DNA of 63,837 bases, counting the filler, from Diploschistes diacapsis (Eukaryota): the NCBI GenBank assembly GCA_023645945.1. It is 7 parts of 7 records of this genome, joined end to end, with 100 filler letters (N's around TTAATTAATTAA, not from the genome) between each part and the next. Parts side by side here need not be neighbours in the genome. Positions count along the whole stretch, not along the records: positions 18,311 to 27,361 come from JALAIB010001080.1; positions 27,462 to 36,498 come from JALAIB010001081.1; 5 more parts are not named here. One strand, written 5' to 3'. The notes beneath the pieces are model-generated. The model saw nothing but the letters and a program-made list of their open reading frames with translations, was not told where the DNA came from and ran no database searches. A program made the translations under genes and the position numbers. How positions within the stretch are numbered: the first letter of the stretch is position 1; every line of letters begins with the position of its first letter. This document shows, one piece after another, positions 23,101 to 33,423 of the stretch.

Positions 23101-24495
23101 TTCCTGGATGAGCCCACCTCTGGACTAGATTCTTCAAGTGCGTTCAACATTGTAAGGTTTCTCAAAAAGCTTGCTGCTAGTGGGCAGTGCATTCTTTGCA
23201 CCATTCATCAACCGAATGCAGCGCTTTTTGAGAGCTTTGACCGCTTACTCCTCCTTCAGCAGGGTGGCGAGTGCGTTTATTTTGGAGACATTGGAAGGGA
23301 CGCCCATGTTCTACGTAACTATTTCCATCGCAACGGCGCAGACTGCCCCAGTGACGCCAACCCAGCCGAGTGGATGCTCGACGCCATTGGTGCAGGACTG
23401 ACCAAACGCCTTGGCGCAAAAGACTGGGGTCAAATCTGGCGCGAGTCCCCCGAAGCGGCTCAGACTAAGCAGGACATTGTCCACATGAAGGAGCAACGAA
23501 TGAAGGTAATGGCAAACACCTCGCCCCTAAACCAAAAAGAATACGCCACCCCCCTCTGGTACCAGCTCAAGATCGTCGGCAACCGAACCCACCTGGCCTT
23601 TTGGCGGTCCGCCAACTACGGCTTCACCCGTCTCTTCAACCACGTCGCCGTCGCCCTCATCGCGGGTTTCACCTACTTCCAGCTAAATTCCTCGCGGGCC
23701 TCGCTGCAGGAACGCGTATTCATCATCTTCCAGTTCACCGTCCTTCCACTCCTCATCATCACGCAGGTCGAGCCCAAGTACGACCTGAGCCGGCTAATAT
23801 TCTACCGTGAAGCAGCCGCCAAAGCGTACGGTCAGTTCGCCTTCAGCGTGTCCATGGTGCTTGCCGAGATGCCGTACTCCATCATCTGCGCTGTCGCCTT
23901 CTTCCTGCCGTTGTACTACATTCCAGGCCTTCAGCCAGCACCAGACCGGGCGGGGTACCAGTTCCTCATGTGTGTCATAGTGGAGCTCTTCTCCGTGACA
24001 CTAGGCCAGATGATCAGCGCCCTGACACCCTCGACGTATATCGCCATGCTCTGGAACTCACCGATCATCATAACGTTCTCCCTCTTCTGTGGCGTGACCA
24101 TACCACAGCCGCAGATCCCTGGCTTCTGGCGCGCGTGGCTGTACCAGCTCAACCCCTTCACGCGGCTTATAGGGGGCATGGTGGTGACGGAGCTGCAAGG
24201 CCGGCCCGTGGTGTGTGAGCCGGGAGAGTATAACCGGTTCATGGCGCCTCCGGGGCAAACGTGTGGGCAGTACATGGAGAGGTATTTTGCTGGCGGAGGC
24301 TTGGGGTATATAGCGGACAACGACACAAGTAACTGTGAGTACTGCGCTTACAAGGTGGGTGATCAGTTCTACCAGTCGCTGGGCTACGAATTTGCAAATC
24401 GCTGGCGGGATCTAGGGATCATGGCGGCTTTTGTGGCCAGCAACCTGATCATACTATTTATCGGGAGCAGGTGTTTGAACTGGCATAGGCGGTGA
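20107..24495 (+). CDS. Full-size ABCG/PDR-type multidrug transporter (NBD-TMD)2
   Basis: NBD1 has a degenerate Walker A GNPGAGCTS, signature ISGGERKRVSIAE and WDNSTRGLD. NBD2 has GASGAGKTT and EQRKRVTIGVEL...FLDEPTSGLD. Two multi-TM domains. The start could be at 20029 instead. Confidence 0.95.
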   Translation: MTESSHIEKHVDDIDPEKEPHGYYRPSGAPREDDPNDGISVKRAEAEFAELSRELSNFDEKHRKLSRTTSRKTNGEIDIEKTESSQEDEPFNLEEALRGNREAEMQAGIKPKQIGVVWENLTVKGLGGVKTIVQTFPDAFVSFFNFPGKLMRRFGFGPKGDEIDILKHFKGVVKPGEMCLVLGNPGAGCTSFLKVISNQRFGYTKVDGEVLYGTFDADTFAKNYRGEAIYNQEDDVHEATLTVAQTLGFALDVMTPGKRPVGMGKKEFKDKVVDLLLQMFNIQHTRNTLVGSAFVRGISGGERKRVSIAEMMVSSACVLAWDNSTRGLDASTASDYAKSLRIITNVYQTTTFVSLYQASETIYSQFDKVMVIDSGREVFFGPAKEARKYFEDLGFKEKPRQTTPDYVVGCTNRFEREYKENYSPKNAPYDSDSLARAFLESDHAKRLDQEMAEYKLRISDEKGVYEDFRLAHREAKRKGASKSSVYTTSLLSQIGNIMRRQTLIKWQDKFSLYVSWATSIFVAIVLGTVWLKLPQTSEGAFTRGGLIFMALLFNAFQAFGELGSIMLGRPLVSKHRAFTFYRPSALWLAQIFVDGLFAAAKITVFAIIVYFMCGLVLEPGAFFIFVLIVVTGYLVMTVFFRTVGCLCPDFDVALRAAIVIVTFFVLTNGYLIQWNNEQVWLRWLFYLNGLGLGFSALMVNEFSRIDLTCTSENLIPSGPGYNDLNHQVCTSAGGTPGKPVISGSSYILDTYQYAQGDLWRNWGIMVALIVFFLSLNVWFGEIINWGAGGRTITTYSKETEELKKLNAEMQKKKQSRLERRGDQGSELTIASKAALTWESLNYDVPVSGGHRRLLSDVFGYVKPGQLTALMGASGAGKTTLLDVLAARKNIGIISGDILVDGKPPGSSFQRGTAYAEQLDVHESTATVREALRFSADLRQPFSTSRQEKYAYVEEVISLLEMEDIADAVIGVPEAGLAVEQRKRVTIGVELASKPELLLFLDEPTSGLDSSSAFNIVRFLKKLAASGQCILCTIHQPNAALFESFDRLLLLQQGGECVYFGDIGRDAHVLRNYFHRNGADCPSDANPAEWMLDAIGAGLTKRLGAKDWGQIWRESPEAAQTKQDIVHMKEQRMKVMANTSPLNQKEYATPLWYQLKIVGNRTHLAFWRSANYGFTRLFNHVAVALIAGFTYFQLNSSRASLQERVFIIFQFTVLPLLIITQVEPKYDLSRLIFYREAAAKAYGQFAFSVSMVLAEMPYSIICAVAFFLPLYYIPGLQPAPDRAGYQFLMCVIVELFSVTLGQMISALTPSTYIAMLWNSPIIITFSLFCGVTIPQPQIPGFWRAWLYQLNPFTRLIGGMVVTELQGRPVVCEPGEYNRFMAPPGQTCGQYMERYFAGGGLGYIADNDTSNCEYCAYKVGDQFYQSLGYEFANRWRDLGIMAAFVASNLIILFIGSRCLNWHRR

Positions 24496-25169
24496 AAGGA
24501 GAGAGGAGATGAGCTCGAAGCGGAGAGTCACTAGATGGAAATTCAGCGCATATATGTAAATAGGAAATTGAATGAAAGAAGACTTTCCCAGCCATTGAGC
24601 TAGCTGCTGGCATGGCAATATTGTAATTTGTATTTGAGCGTTGAGATGTACAAGATTACACGAAAGCCTATTACTCCTATTATCTTATCATATATACCAG
24701 GCTCCTTCCCTGTGTATGCTAAATATTAGCATTCCCCGGGACCTCATTCAAATGCGTTCTGGCCTTCGCCTCCTCTCGGCCCTCCAGCAAAACTTATCAA
24801 ACCTCAGCGCTTAGTTCTCAGTGCTCAGTGCTCATCCCTTGGCCTTATCTTCTAACTCCTACCTCCCCCGTAAACCCCTTTTCGTGCCATTATTTCCCTT
24901 CCGACTCTAACTCCACCCTCCGCACACTCTCCGCCCTTACCAAGATGCTCAAACACCCACAGCCAGACACGAGAAAGTCGCCCTATTGGCCAAAGATGTC
25001 TTTTCGTGTGCATGTGTCTGTGTATACGCGTCCAAAGTCAAGCCCCGTCATTCTCGCAACAATCGAGTTCATCACATCGCCTCCCATCACATCATACACT
25101 ATTCCATAATTATCTCTTATCTCCTTTCTCACCATCTTCCCTTCTGGTGAATCATTGGATTTTTGCACA

Positions 25170-27361
25170 ATGGCGACCAGTGGTATCCGCACTGTTGAGC
25201 TCAGAAGAGTAAGTTTCAAACAAGAAGATGAAAACGTCCGGGGTGGAAGAAGCAGGGGAATGAGCGAAGGGGTAAGCGCTGAGCGGCCGCAAATAGAAAC
25301 TTTGGACACAGCAGTCGCATCGGCCGAGACATTTGGGGGTTTTGCTGTGTCGGGATCACCATTTCCAGCTCCAGCTCCCCCTCTCACTAACTCTCCCTCT
25401 CTTTCTTCCGCTGTCACATCCGGATCCACGACCTCAACGGCAGCAGTAGCTCATGAGAACCATGACAACTCTCTTCACGCTTCCTACCTGCTTCCCAAAT
25501 TTACCCTTCTCAGTAACAGCAAGAGCAACAGCAACGGGAACCCAGCACCCGATATCAGTGCCATTTCCCAATCCCAGAACCTCGGTAACCTTACAACTCC
25601 CACCACTCCCACCCACAACAACACGGGAGGCTTCACAGCATGGCTGGCCCTCAACCTCCACCTCTATCTCCCCGTCCTCTCTCTCCTGCTCACATTCATT
25701 TTCTTCCGGCAGCACTTCCAGCACCTCCTCTTCCCACTTCTCACCCATGTCAGGCACGCACGGCGACGCATAAACCGCCAAGCCACTCACTTCCGCTTCT
25801 CCCTCTGTCTCCGTCTCCATTCGCTCAAGACCCATCTCGGACACGCTCAGCTCTTCACGACCCGCCTAGCCACCCGTATCTACTTCCATCTCCGTCTGCG
25901 TCTCCGCTCTCTCTTCAGTCACCGCAGCTACCGCTCTCACTTCTCCGTATACGACAATGACAACGACAACGAAGGGGTGGATACGGAAATGCAGCTCCTC
26001 CGCCCGGGCGCTCTGAGAGACATTGGGGCTTGGGCCGGAAGACACGAAGAAGCGGAAAGAGAAGGGAGAGGGGTTCCCGGCGCATGGCCCATCTTTAACC
26101 CCTTTTCGGTACTCTACGCCTCCTCTTCTTCGTCTTCTTCGCCCAATCACAACCACAACCGCGAAGGTGGCGGTGGCGGTGACGATGACGAGCACAACCG
26201 TCTCCTCCCCTCACCGCCACCTTCATCGTCAAATACCACCGGCAACCCACACCTCGCTGTCTCTTCCCGTGCCGTCCCGTTCCCGTCCCGTTCCCGGCCC
26301 TTATCCCCGTCGCCGTTAGCAACAGCATCTAATCCCAGCCCTTATCCCCCCTCTCAAAGCCCCACGCGCGGCCGCACGCTCAGGCGCCAGGTCCGACGCG
26401 TGCACGGACGGCGCGAGCTGCGGGGCGAGTCTTTCCCGCTGTCCTCCTCCTCCTCCTCTCCGGGGACTTGGTCGCGGTCTGGACGGGGCTTGCACAATAT
26501 CAACAACAACACCAGCGGTACCTGCAGCAGTAGTCCCGACGACGGCGGCAACTTCACTGCCAGCCACAACAACGTTGCCAGTGCGAGCACCGAAAACGGC
26601 ACCATCGCCGCCGCCACCGCCGCCGTCAACACCAGGGCCACCGCAACCAACAGCGGCAACGGCAACGAGGCTGGCAGTGCCAGCACAGACCGAATCTACC
26701 ACCCCTGCCTCCGCACCCACATATCCGCCGTCCTCGCCGACATGCCCGGCGGCGTAGTCACGCTCGCTCACCTGGCTGATAGGAACTCGCTTACTCTTCC
26801 GCGTTCGCAGCAGTTGAGGCGGAGGAGGGGGCATGTGGACATTTTTGATGGGTCTGACGGGGCCGGGAAGGGGAACGGCAACGGCGACGCGGATGGGCAC
26901 AGTAACGGCAACGGAATTAATAGTGGCGATGGAGACGGTGACGCCAGCAGACATGCCAGTATGTGCGGTGCGCACGGCCGATACAACGAGCACGAAGCGC
27001 GTGAAAGAGGGTGCGGGTGCGAGTGCGGAAGCGGCTGCGAAAGACGTGATGCCGGGCACGAGGGCCGGGCGGGGCGCGAGAGAGGGTTTGAGAGCTCCGA
27101 CCGGAATTCCATTTCCATTCCCGTTCCCAGTTCCAACCCCAGCCCCAATTTCCACTGTGATTCCGACGACGACGACAATGAGGGCAAGGGTTTTATCCGG
27201 GACCCCGACAACGACGACAGCGACAGCGACGAAGAAGAACACGACAGTGACGCTGGGGACGACAGCCGGCTGCTGCTCTGGCTCGAGATCGTGCTCGAGC
27301 CCGTGCTGCGCCGGTTCGCGGCGTGGGTGGTGCGGCTGGCAGAGGCGGAGCTGGGGGAGGC
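25170..27361 (+). CDS. Hypothetical low-complexity protein with one hydrophobic segment (3'-partial)
   Basis: More than 2.1 kb of open frame; candidate TM WLALNLHLYLPVLSLLLTFIFF; S/N/G/D-rich runs; no recognisable domain. Confidence 0.5.
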
Positions 27362-27461
27362 NNNNNNNNNNNNNNNNNNNNNNNNNNNNNNNNNNNNNNN
27401 NNNNNTTAATTAATTAANNNNNNNNNNNNNNNNNNNNNNNNNNNNNNNNNNNNNNNNNNNN
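27362..27461. other. Artificial contig spacer
   Basis: N44-TTAATTAATTAA-N44. Confidence 0.97.
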
Positions 27462-27653
27462 GAGTGGGGGGGCTGTGGGGAGTCGGAAGAGTGCGTTTGC
27501 GGAGGGGATTTAAGGGTTTAAGGTGGGAAAGGTTTGGGATTCGGTACGTGCTTGGTGGGTGGATCATGTGTCGAGGCGTTTCAATGCGTCACTTTGCGAT
27601 TGCGGTTGCAGCCAGGGAAGCAAGTGCGAGATTTATTTGGGGTACCTTGTACA

Positions 27654-29533
27654 TTATACAAGGCCTTGAAGTACACCATATATGTTATTAGGTTTTGCCG
27701 AAGCCTTCTGTGCTTTTGCTTGTGACTTTTCAACCTGCCCTTCTTTCTCTTTCTCTCTTTTAATCCTCTTCTTTTTGGATTTGAATGCTTTGGTCACCGT
27801 CTCGTAAGGGAGTTCCTGGTCGTTCTCGGCTAGCTCTGAAGGGCTGCTCAAGTTTGCAAAGCTCCTCGCTAGCTTCTCGAGGCCTTTGACATCAACGTGC
27901 CTGTCATTTCCGTCCTCAACTGGTTGCAAGAGAGATTTGAGCATTGGAAGCGACTTCAGATACTCTGCCATTTGCGCTAGAGCGGGATGCATGCCTGCAG
28001 AGTCCAGACAGTCAATGGTCTGCTTTGTCTGTCTCAACGCATACAGCACGGCCTGAATTTGAGCGTCGAGATGGGCGGCACTCCAGATGTAGATTGTGTT
28101 GGCATCTGCACGGTTCATAACCTGCTTCACGATGTCGCTACTTGGTATGCTTCGTCCCGTCGTCAGGTACCATCGTAATATTTGTAGCATAGCAAAGGCT
28201 CGCCAAAACACGGTATCTAGGGGTCCATCGTGATATTCCTTCAGTTTCCTTATCTGTTGTATGAAGGTTTCTGCCAAGGTTATGCACTGGTCCGTGTCCA
28301 TCATGTCAAGTTCAAACGGGATCACCCACTTATCACATCTGCTGTATTCAAGGACCGTGATGGCAGGAGGGCTCTGATGATCAATGAGGACCAATGAGTA
28401 TGAGAAGCGCCGCATGTCTAGGGATACTTCCCAAGCTGAGGCTATTGATGGATTTTCAAGAAGGGTTGGGAGATAAACGTGCAGAGGCGGTTCAGATGAA
28501 AGCCGTACCTGTAGGATGAATTCAGATAACCGTGGATCGAGATGCTGTAGAGACCCGATAGTAACCATTTCTCTCGATGTATGGTCTCGTGAAGCGGTGC
28601 CTTCATAATCCCTGCGAAAGTCGTCATACCTAATCCCCTTCGCCGGTCTAAGGGTTCCCTGAGCTCTTCGGATGGCTTCACCAGCACTTATGGTGTAGTC
28701 TTGCTGAATCTCAAAAGCAAATCTCTTCAAGTCTGAGATATTCATCTTCTTCGCGATACCTTCTGGGCTGATAATTTTCGCTGTGACAGCGGAGCTGCCA
28801 CACAAGCTACATGGTGTGAGTTGTAAGGAGTCGAGGAAAGCCATCTCTCCATCCCTGCCAAGATCATGGACAGCCAGGTCAGAATCGTTTGTCAGGACAA
28901 CGCCTCCGTGCCGTTTGGCATAATTCGCGCAGTAGACATCAGCCTCATCAGGCACAAGCTTGACCCTGTCGGCGAAGCGAGAGGACTTTAAGGCGTCCAG
29001 GACCGCGGACACCAGAAATGGCGCCGCTGAGAAGATATGCAAGCCCCTGTAACTAGTGTCCGATGAGAAGAGGTGCCCGTTGGTGAGCTGCCTGGATTCA
29101 TCGCTAGAGCTTGCAAGCTTTAGGCCTACTGGGCTAGAAGCACGTAGGGCACAGAGTTCTTTGAAACCCTTCTGTAGCCGTTCCAAGCGGATGCCGCGCT
29201 TTTCTGGGGGCAGAAAGCCATCAAAGTAGATTACAGCGCTGACTTTGGTCAGCGATGTGGTTTTAAGTAAAATAATAATTACCTGACTTACACCGCGATA
29301 TTTGCAACTTCAAGCCTTTCGAGATAGTCTACGATGGCTTCTTCTAATTCGGCATAAGAGGGTTGTGCATTTTGTTGACGAGCTGCTGCGAGCTTTGAGG
29401 AGATGTGGTAAGCTAGACTAGGTCCATCAATGACAACTGTATATCTTCTGTCCTGACAACTTAGGTTGTCGCAGCCAAGGGTTTTCGATATAGAGTACCG
29501 CTCGAGGTGACCCCTCAACCGAGCTACACCCAT
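27654..29533 (-). CDS. Asteroid/XPG-like (PIN-fold) domain protein (intron 29239..29291)
   Basis: MGVARLRGHL...VVIDGPSLAYH; after splicing IYFDGFLPPEKR; PDEADVYCA and VLTNDSDLAV. The spliced length is 1827 nt. Confidence 0.85.
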
Positions 29534-29784
29534 CTTTGTGTGATCAGATAATTCACGCAGCGAAGAGAGAAAGTGTTTAAAGCCTAGTTTAATGTACAAA
29601 GGTTGGTGGGTCACACAAAGGACTCTTCGCTACTAAAGTAATGCAAGCACTATCTATGTATTCTACATATGATGCTGCTATGCAAGCATAATCTTCTAGG
29701 ATATTGGGTATCAAGTTTCCTCCTCATGACAAGGCTATCTCAAAGGCCTGAGTGGCCTGTTAGCCCGTCCGCAACCGCAGGCCT

Positions 29785-32194
29785 TCACTTCTTAGGCTTG
29801 AGCATCTTCTCCCCGTCTTGGTTATAAAGTTTAAAGTTGCCCCTCACTATGTTCATAAATGCTTCCTTCGTCTCTGGGTGTTGGACGATAGGTTTGTATC
29901 TCTGGGTGAAAGTTCCGAGTCTGATGCCCGCTTCGGGTACCATTTTCTTGATCTCATCAAGTGGAGGGATCTGTGGGGCAGATCCAGCTGAAGAGTATCA
30001 GTAACGGTCAAAACTAGACAAAAGCTTAAGCTTACCAGTTTTCACAGCCTTCTGCCCAGCCGTACCAGTGGCAGCAGTCGCGTCACGATTGGGACTCGCG
30101 GCGCGGCTACCTCCTGGACTGGCATTCTTGCTTCCTAGGACACCGGTCTTCAACTTGATCCTCTTGCGGCTCACATCACTCATTTCACCCCCAGATCCAG
30201 CACCTTCTCCCTCGCTACCGGACCCTGCTCCGCCTACGCGTGGCCGTTTCAACTCGTTACCACGGGGCGCCGTAGGCTTCTTTTGTGTACCAGAAATACT
30301 GAGTCGACCAGTATTTAGATCCGGATTTATGGCTGGAGAACGTGGGCGCGAGGGAGGGCCGTTGGGCGTACTGATTCCTGATGCTAGGTTCGAAGCTATG
30401 CCATGTTTCTTCTTCTGCTTCTTTTTGGAAGATTCATTTCCGCTGGCTTCGGAGAGATTCGGTGAACCCGCACGCTTCAAGTTGTTCGAGGAAGCATTGC
30501 GCTGGACCTCCGCCTTCTTTCGCCCTGAAGGCGTGTTTGTGCCCTTTGTGGACGCTCCAGAGCCGGGCTGGTTGTTCTTCTTTTTCTCTTCTGCTTCCTC
30601 TTTGGCCGGCTCGTCCTTCTTGCGCTCTTCGCCGGAGTCTTCGGATTCGCTCTTTAGTATGTTAGCAAGATTTGTGACAAATGTTCGAATTAGGGATGGA
30701 GACCTTTTCGGAATATGGATTCCCCGAATCGTCACTGTCGTAGATGTGATTCCGCTCTCTCTTTACTAGACCCTTCCGCACTCCCTTACCTTCCTCTTTG
30801 AGAGCCTGCTTCTCGAACTTCTCCCGCTGTTCGGCCTTGTCGTATGATTTTTCTTCCTTCATATTGAAAATGTTGGCTTGAAGCATATCTCTTTTGATCT
30901 TCTTCTCTGTCTCCTTGGTCTCCTCGGCGTCTCCTTCAAATACGGGATCCTCTTCGTCGTCTGCCATATCTTCTTCGAAATCCATCTCGCCTGCATCCGC
31001 CGTGTCTTTCTTAGCCGAAGCACCACCAACGTCACCTACTCTTCGTCCAACTAGAAAACCGTCAAAGAGCGTTGCCGTAGCTCTCTTGTTATCCTGATCA
31101 ACTTTCACAGCCTCCTGTTTAGCATTATAACTTTTCAACCAGGCAGGATTCTGCTGTATCCTTTTCGCTCTTTCGGCTTCCATTTGCTCTTCAGTCTTGA
31201 AATTTCGCTTCTGGGTGAACTTGTACCATTTCTCCAGCGGAGCTATCTCGAACCTTCCGTCGTGGAAGACGAGCTGGGCGTAAGTGTTCGACAGAGCCGC
31301 CTCGTAACTACCTACCCAGCTCTGCCGGTTATCGAAATCCTCCAGATGCCATGGCAAAGCCTCCTCGTACTTCAATTGTGACCTTGCTCTCTGCCCCTCT
31401 GTCTCATCCTTAGCAAAGACCTGCGTTACTTTCCTCTTTCCAGCACCTCCGCGTTTGGAATTAGGGTTCTGACTCGATGGAGCTACCTCGGCCATAGCCG
31501 CAGTTCGCTGTGCTTCCCTCTGCTCACGCATAAGCTGATGCTTCTGTCTTTCTTCCTCTATTTCTACGTCTTTGGTATCTAGCTGTTCGACTTTACCACC
31601 CGGCGCTGGCGCCATAGGATCTCTTCTTTGCAGCCTCACGGGCCGTGTCCACTCTTTCTGGTCGCTAAGATTAATGTCGAGCTTTGAGTGGAAGCGGGCA
31701 ATGTGCGGTCGAATGCCTTCCATCAACGCCTTCTTGGAAATGAATACAGGATAATCGACATAGTTACCTGGCTTTGCTGTAGTAAATCCACTGCTCTTTT
31801 CGCCTGTCGCGGCATCTATAAGGGATAACAAGTCGGTCTGTTGTTTTTGTTGCTGTTGCGGATCTTCGGGTCGCTGTGGGCTTTTGGCGCTATCAAACCG
31901 CTTCCTATCACGAGGACGACTTGATTCAGATTTTTCTGCATCTTTCGCTTGCGTATTGCTGGTTGGCTTCACATTGGCTGGGGCCTGCGGTTGAAGTGTA
32001 GGCTTTGGACCTCCTTGCGGTTTGGAAGAGTCTCTTGAGCTTGGATCATGCGCAAATGCTGGTGGGCGCACAGGTCTTCTCTGAGGCTTACGACGCATAA
32101 GAGGATCTGTTGGCGCTTGCTTGCGGGGCATGGGTGGTCTAGGTGTGCCATTTGGAGTAGCTCCCGGCGTACCACCGGCCGGTGATGCGCTCAT
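29785..32194 (-). CDS. TFG1: Transcription factor TFIIF large (alpha) subunit (introns 30652..30703 and 29988..30035)
   Basis: HIARFHS, RPVRLQRRDP, YEEALPWHLEDFDN..WVGSYEAALS, PLEKWYKF, acidic DFEEDMADDEE. The spliced length is 2310 nt. Confidence 0.9.
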
Positions 32195-33423
32195 AACGAT
32201 AGTCGTTCTATCACATGAAGATTGCGAAGCCTAGGTTTTGTTGAATGCGAGGCAGCAGACCGCGTCTGAAATTGGGGAAAGAAGGGATGGACGCGACCAG
32301 TATTGGGAGATGGGGTTCATGCAAGATCTCATCTGAAGGCCCGCCAGTCGCTAATTAATGGAGGTTGTAGGAGTCATACCTAAGAGTTTATGACGTTCCT
32401 AGACTGAAGCTTGCCTTTGTTCTGGATGCGGTGTTAGAGGTCCTTCGAAGTAGATACTCAAAGGCGGACCGAATTCCTCTTACTAGGCAGATCCGATATC
32501 ACCTGACTGCATGCTCAAGCCTGACAGGGCTGGCCGATGACATAACCCGCCAAGCCTTCGCGGTTTTGAAACAATTTGATGAGCTTTGCGGATGCTTCTT
32601 CAGATCAAGTATGAAACAGGCCTGAGCTACTTGAAGCTCCCTCCCAGAGTTCCTAGAACTGCTTTATAAATGATCTGAAGCATCTCACGAGCTCTTGCGT
32701 CCTAAAGGAGCGGAAAAAGTGTTTGGTATATCGAATTGATCAGAGATCATAGTATAACATTACATGATAGTGAGCATCAGATACTGATAGAAGCTACGCA
32801 GCGTGCATTGAATTATCATTTTCTGAAGCTTCTAGGAGAGACTAACAGCAAAGCTATTCCATTAGAAGGGTGCAATGCATGAGCCATCTTCTCAATCATC
32901 AAGATTGAGTAGCCGGAGAGAGTCATGTAATACGCCCAGATCGAAATCAGTATCGCAGGCCCACCCGAGAAGTCACTTTGACTGTTATGGTTCGATTGCA
33001 ATGTTGTCTACAAGTGTTCACTCCTATACGAGCCCAAGGTCTATAAGTGTTCTAATTTCTCTTCCCGTAGTATCATATACCCACTCTAAACAGCATGGAG
33101 CAGTGTTGTGGTTCATGTACGTTAATCTTATAGCTAAACTGGGCTCTTCATTCATGTCATGTTTTCTTGTTACATGTGTTGTGTTTACCTAGATCTTTCT
33201 CTCTTTCTGTTTCTCCCCCCTGCTTCGCTTTTCGAAGTTAATAGCATATGGACGATGCTTGTCCCAGGAACTTATGCTGAGAAGTAGGCGTTGTGCTTCT
33301 TTCGCTTCTTTCGCTTCTTTCCACTTAGGGTGGAGTTGTACTATCCTATCATAGCCTCGCTTTTCACATTTCAACATCCTAAGCCACGGCCGGGAGCACT
33401 TCAGTCGTTGCTGTCTCATTCAA

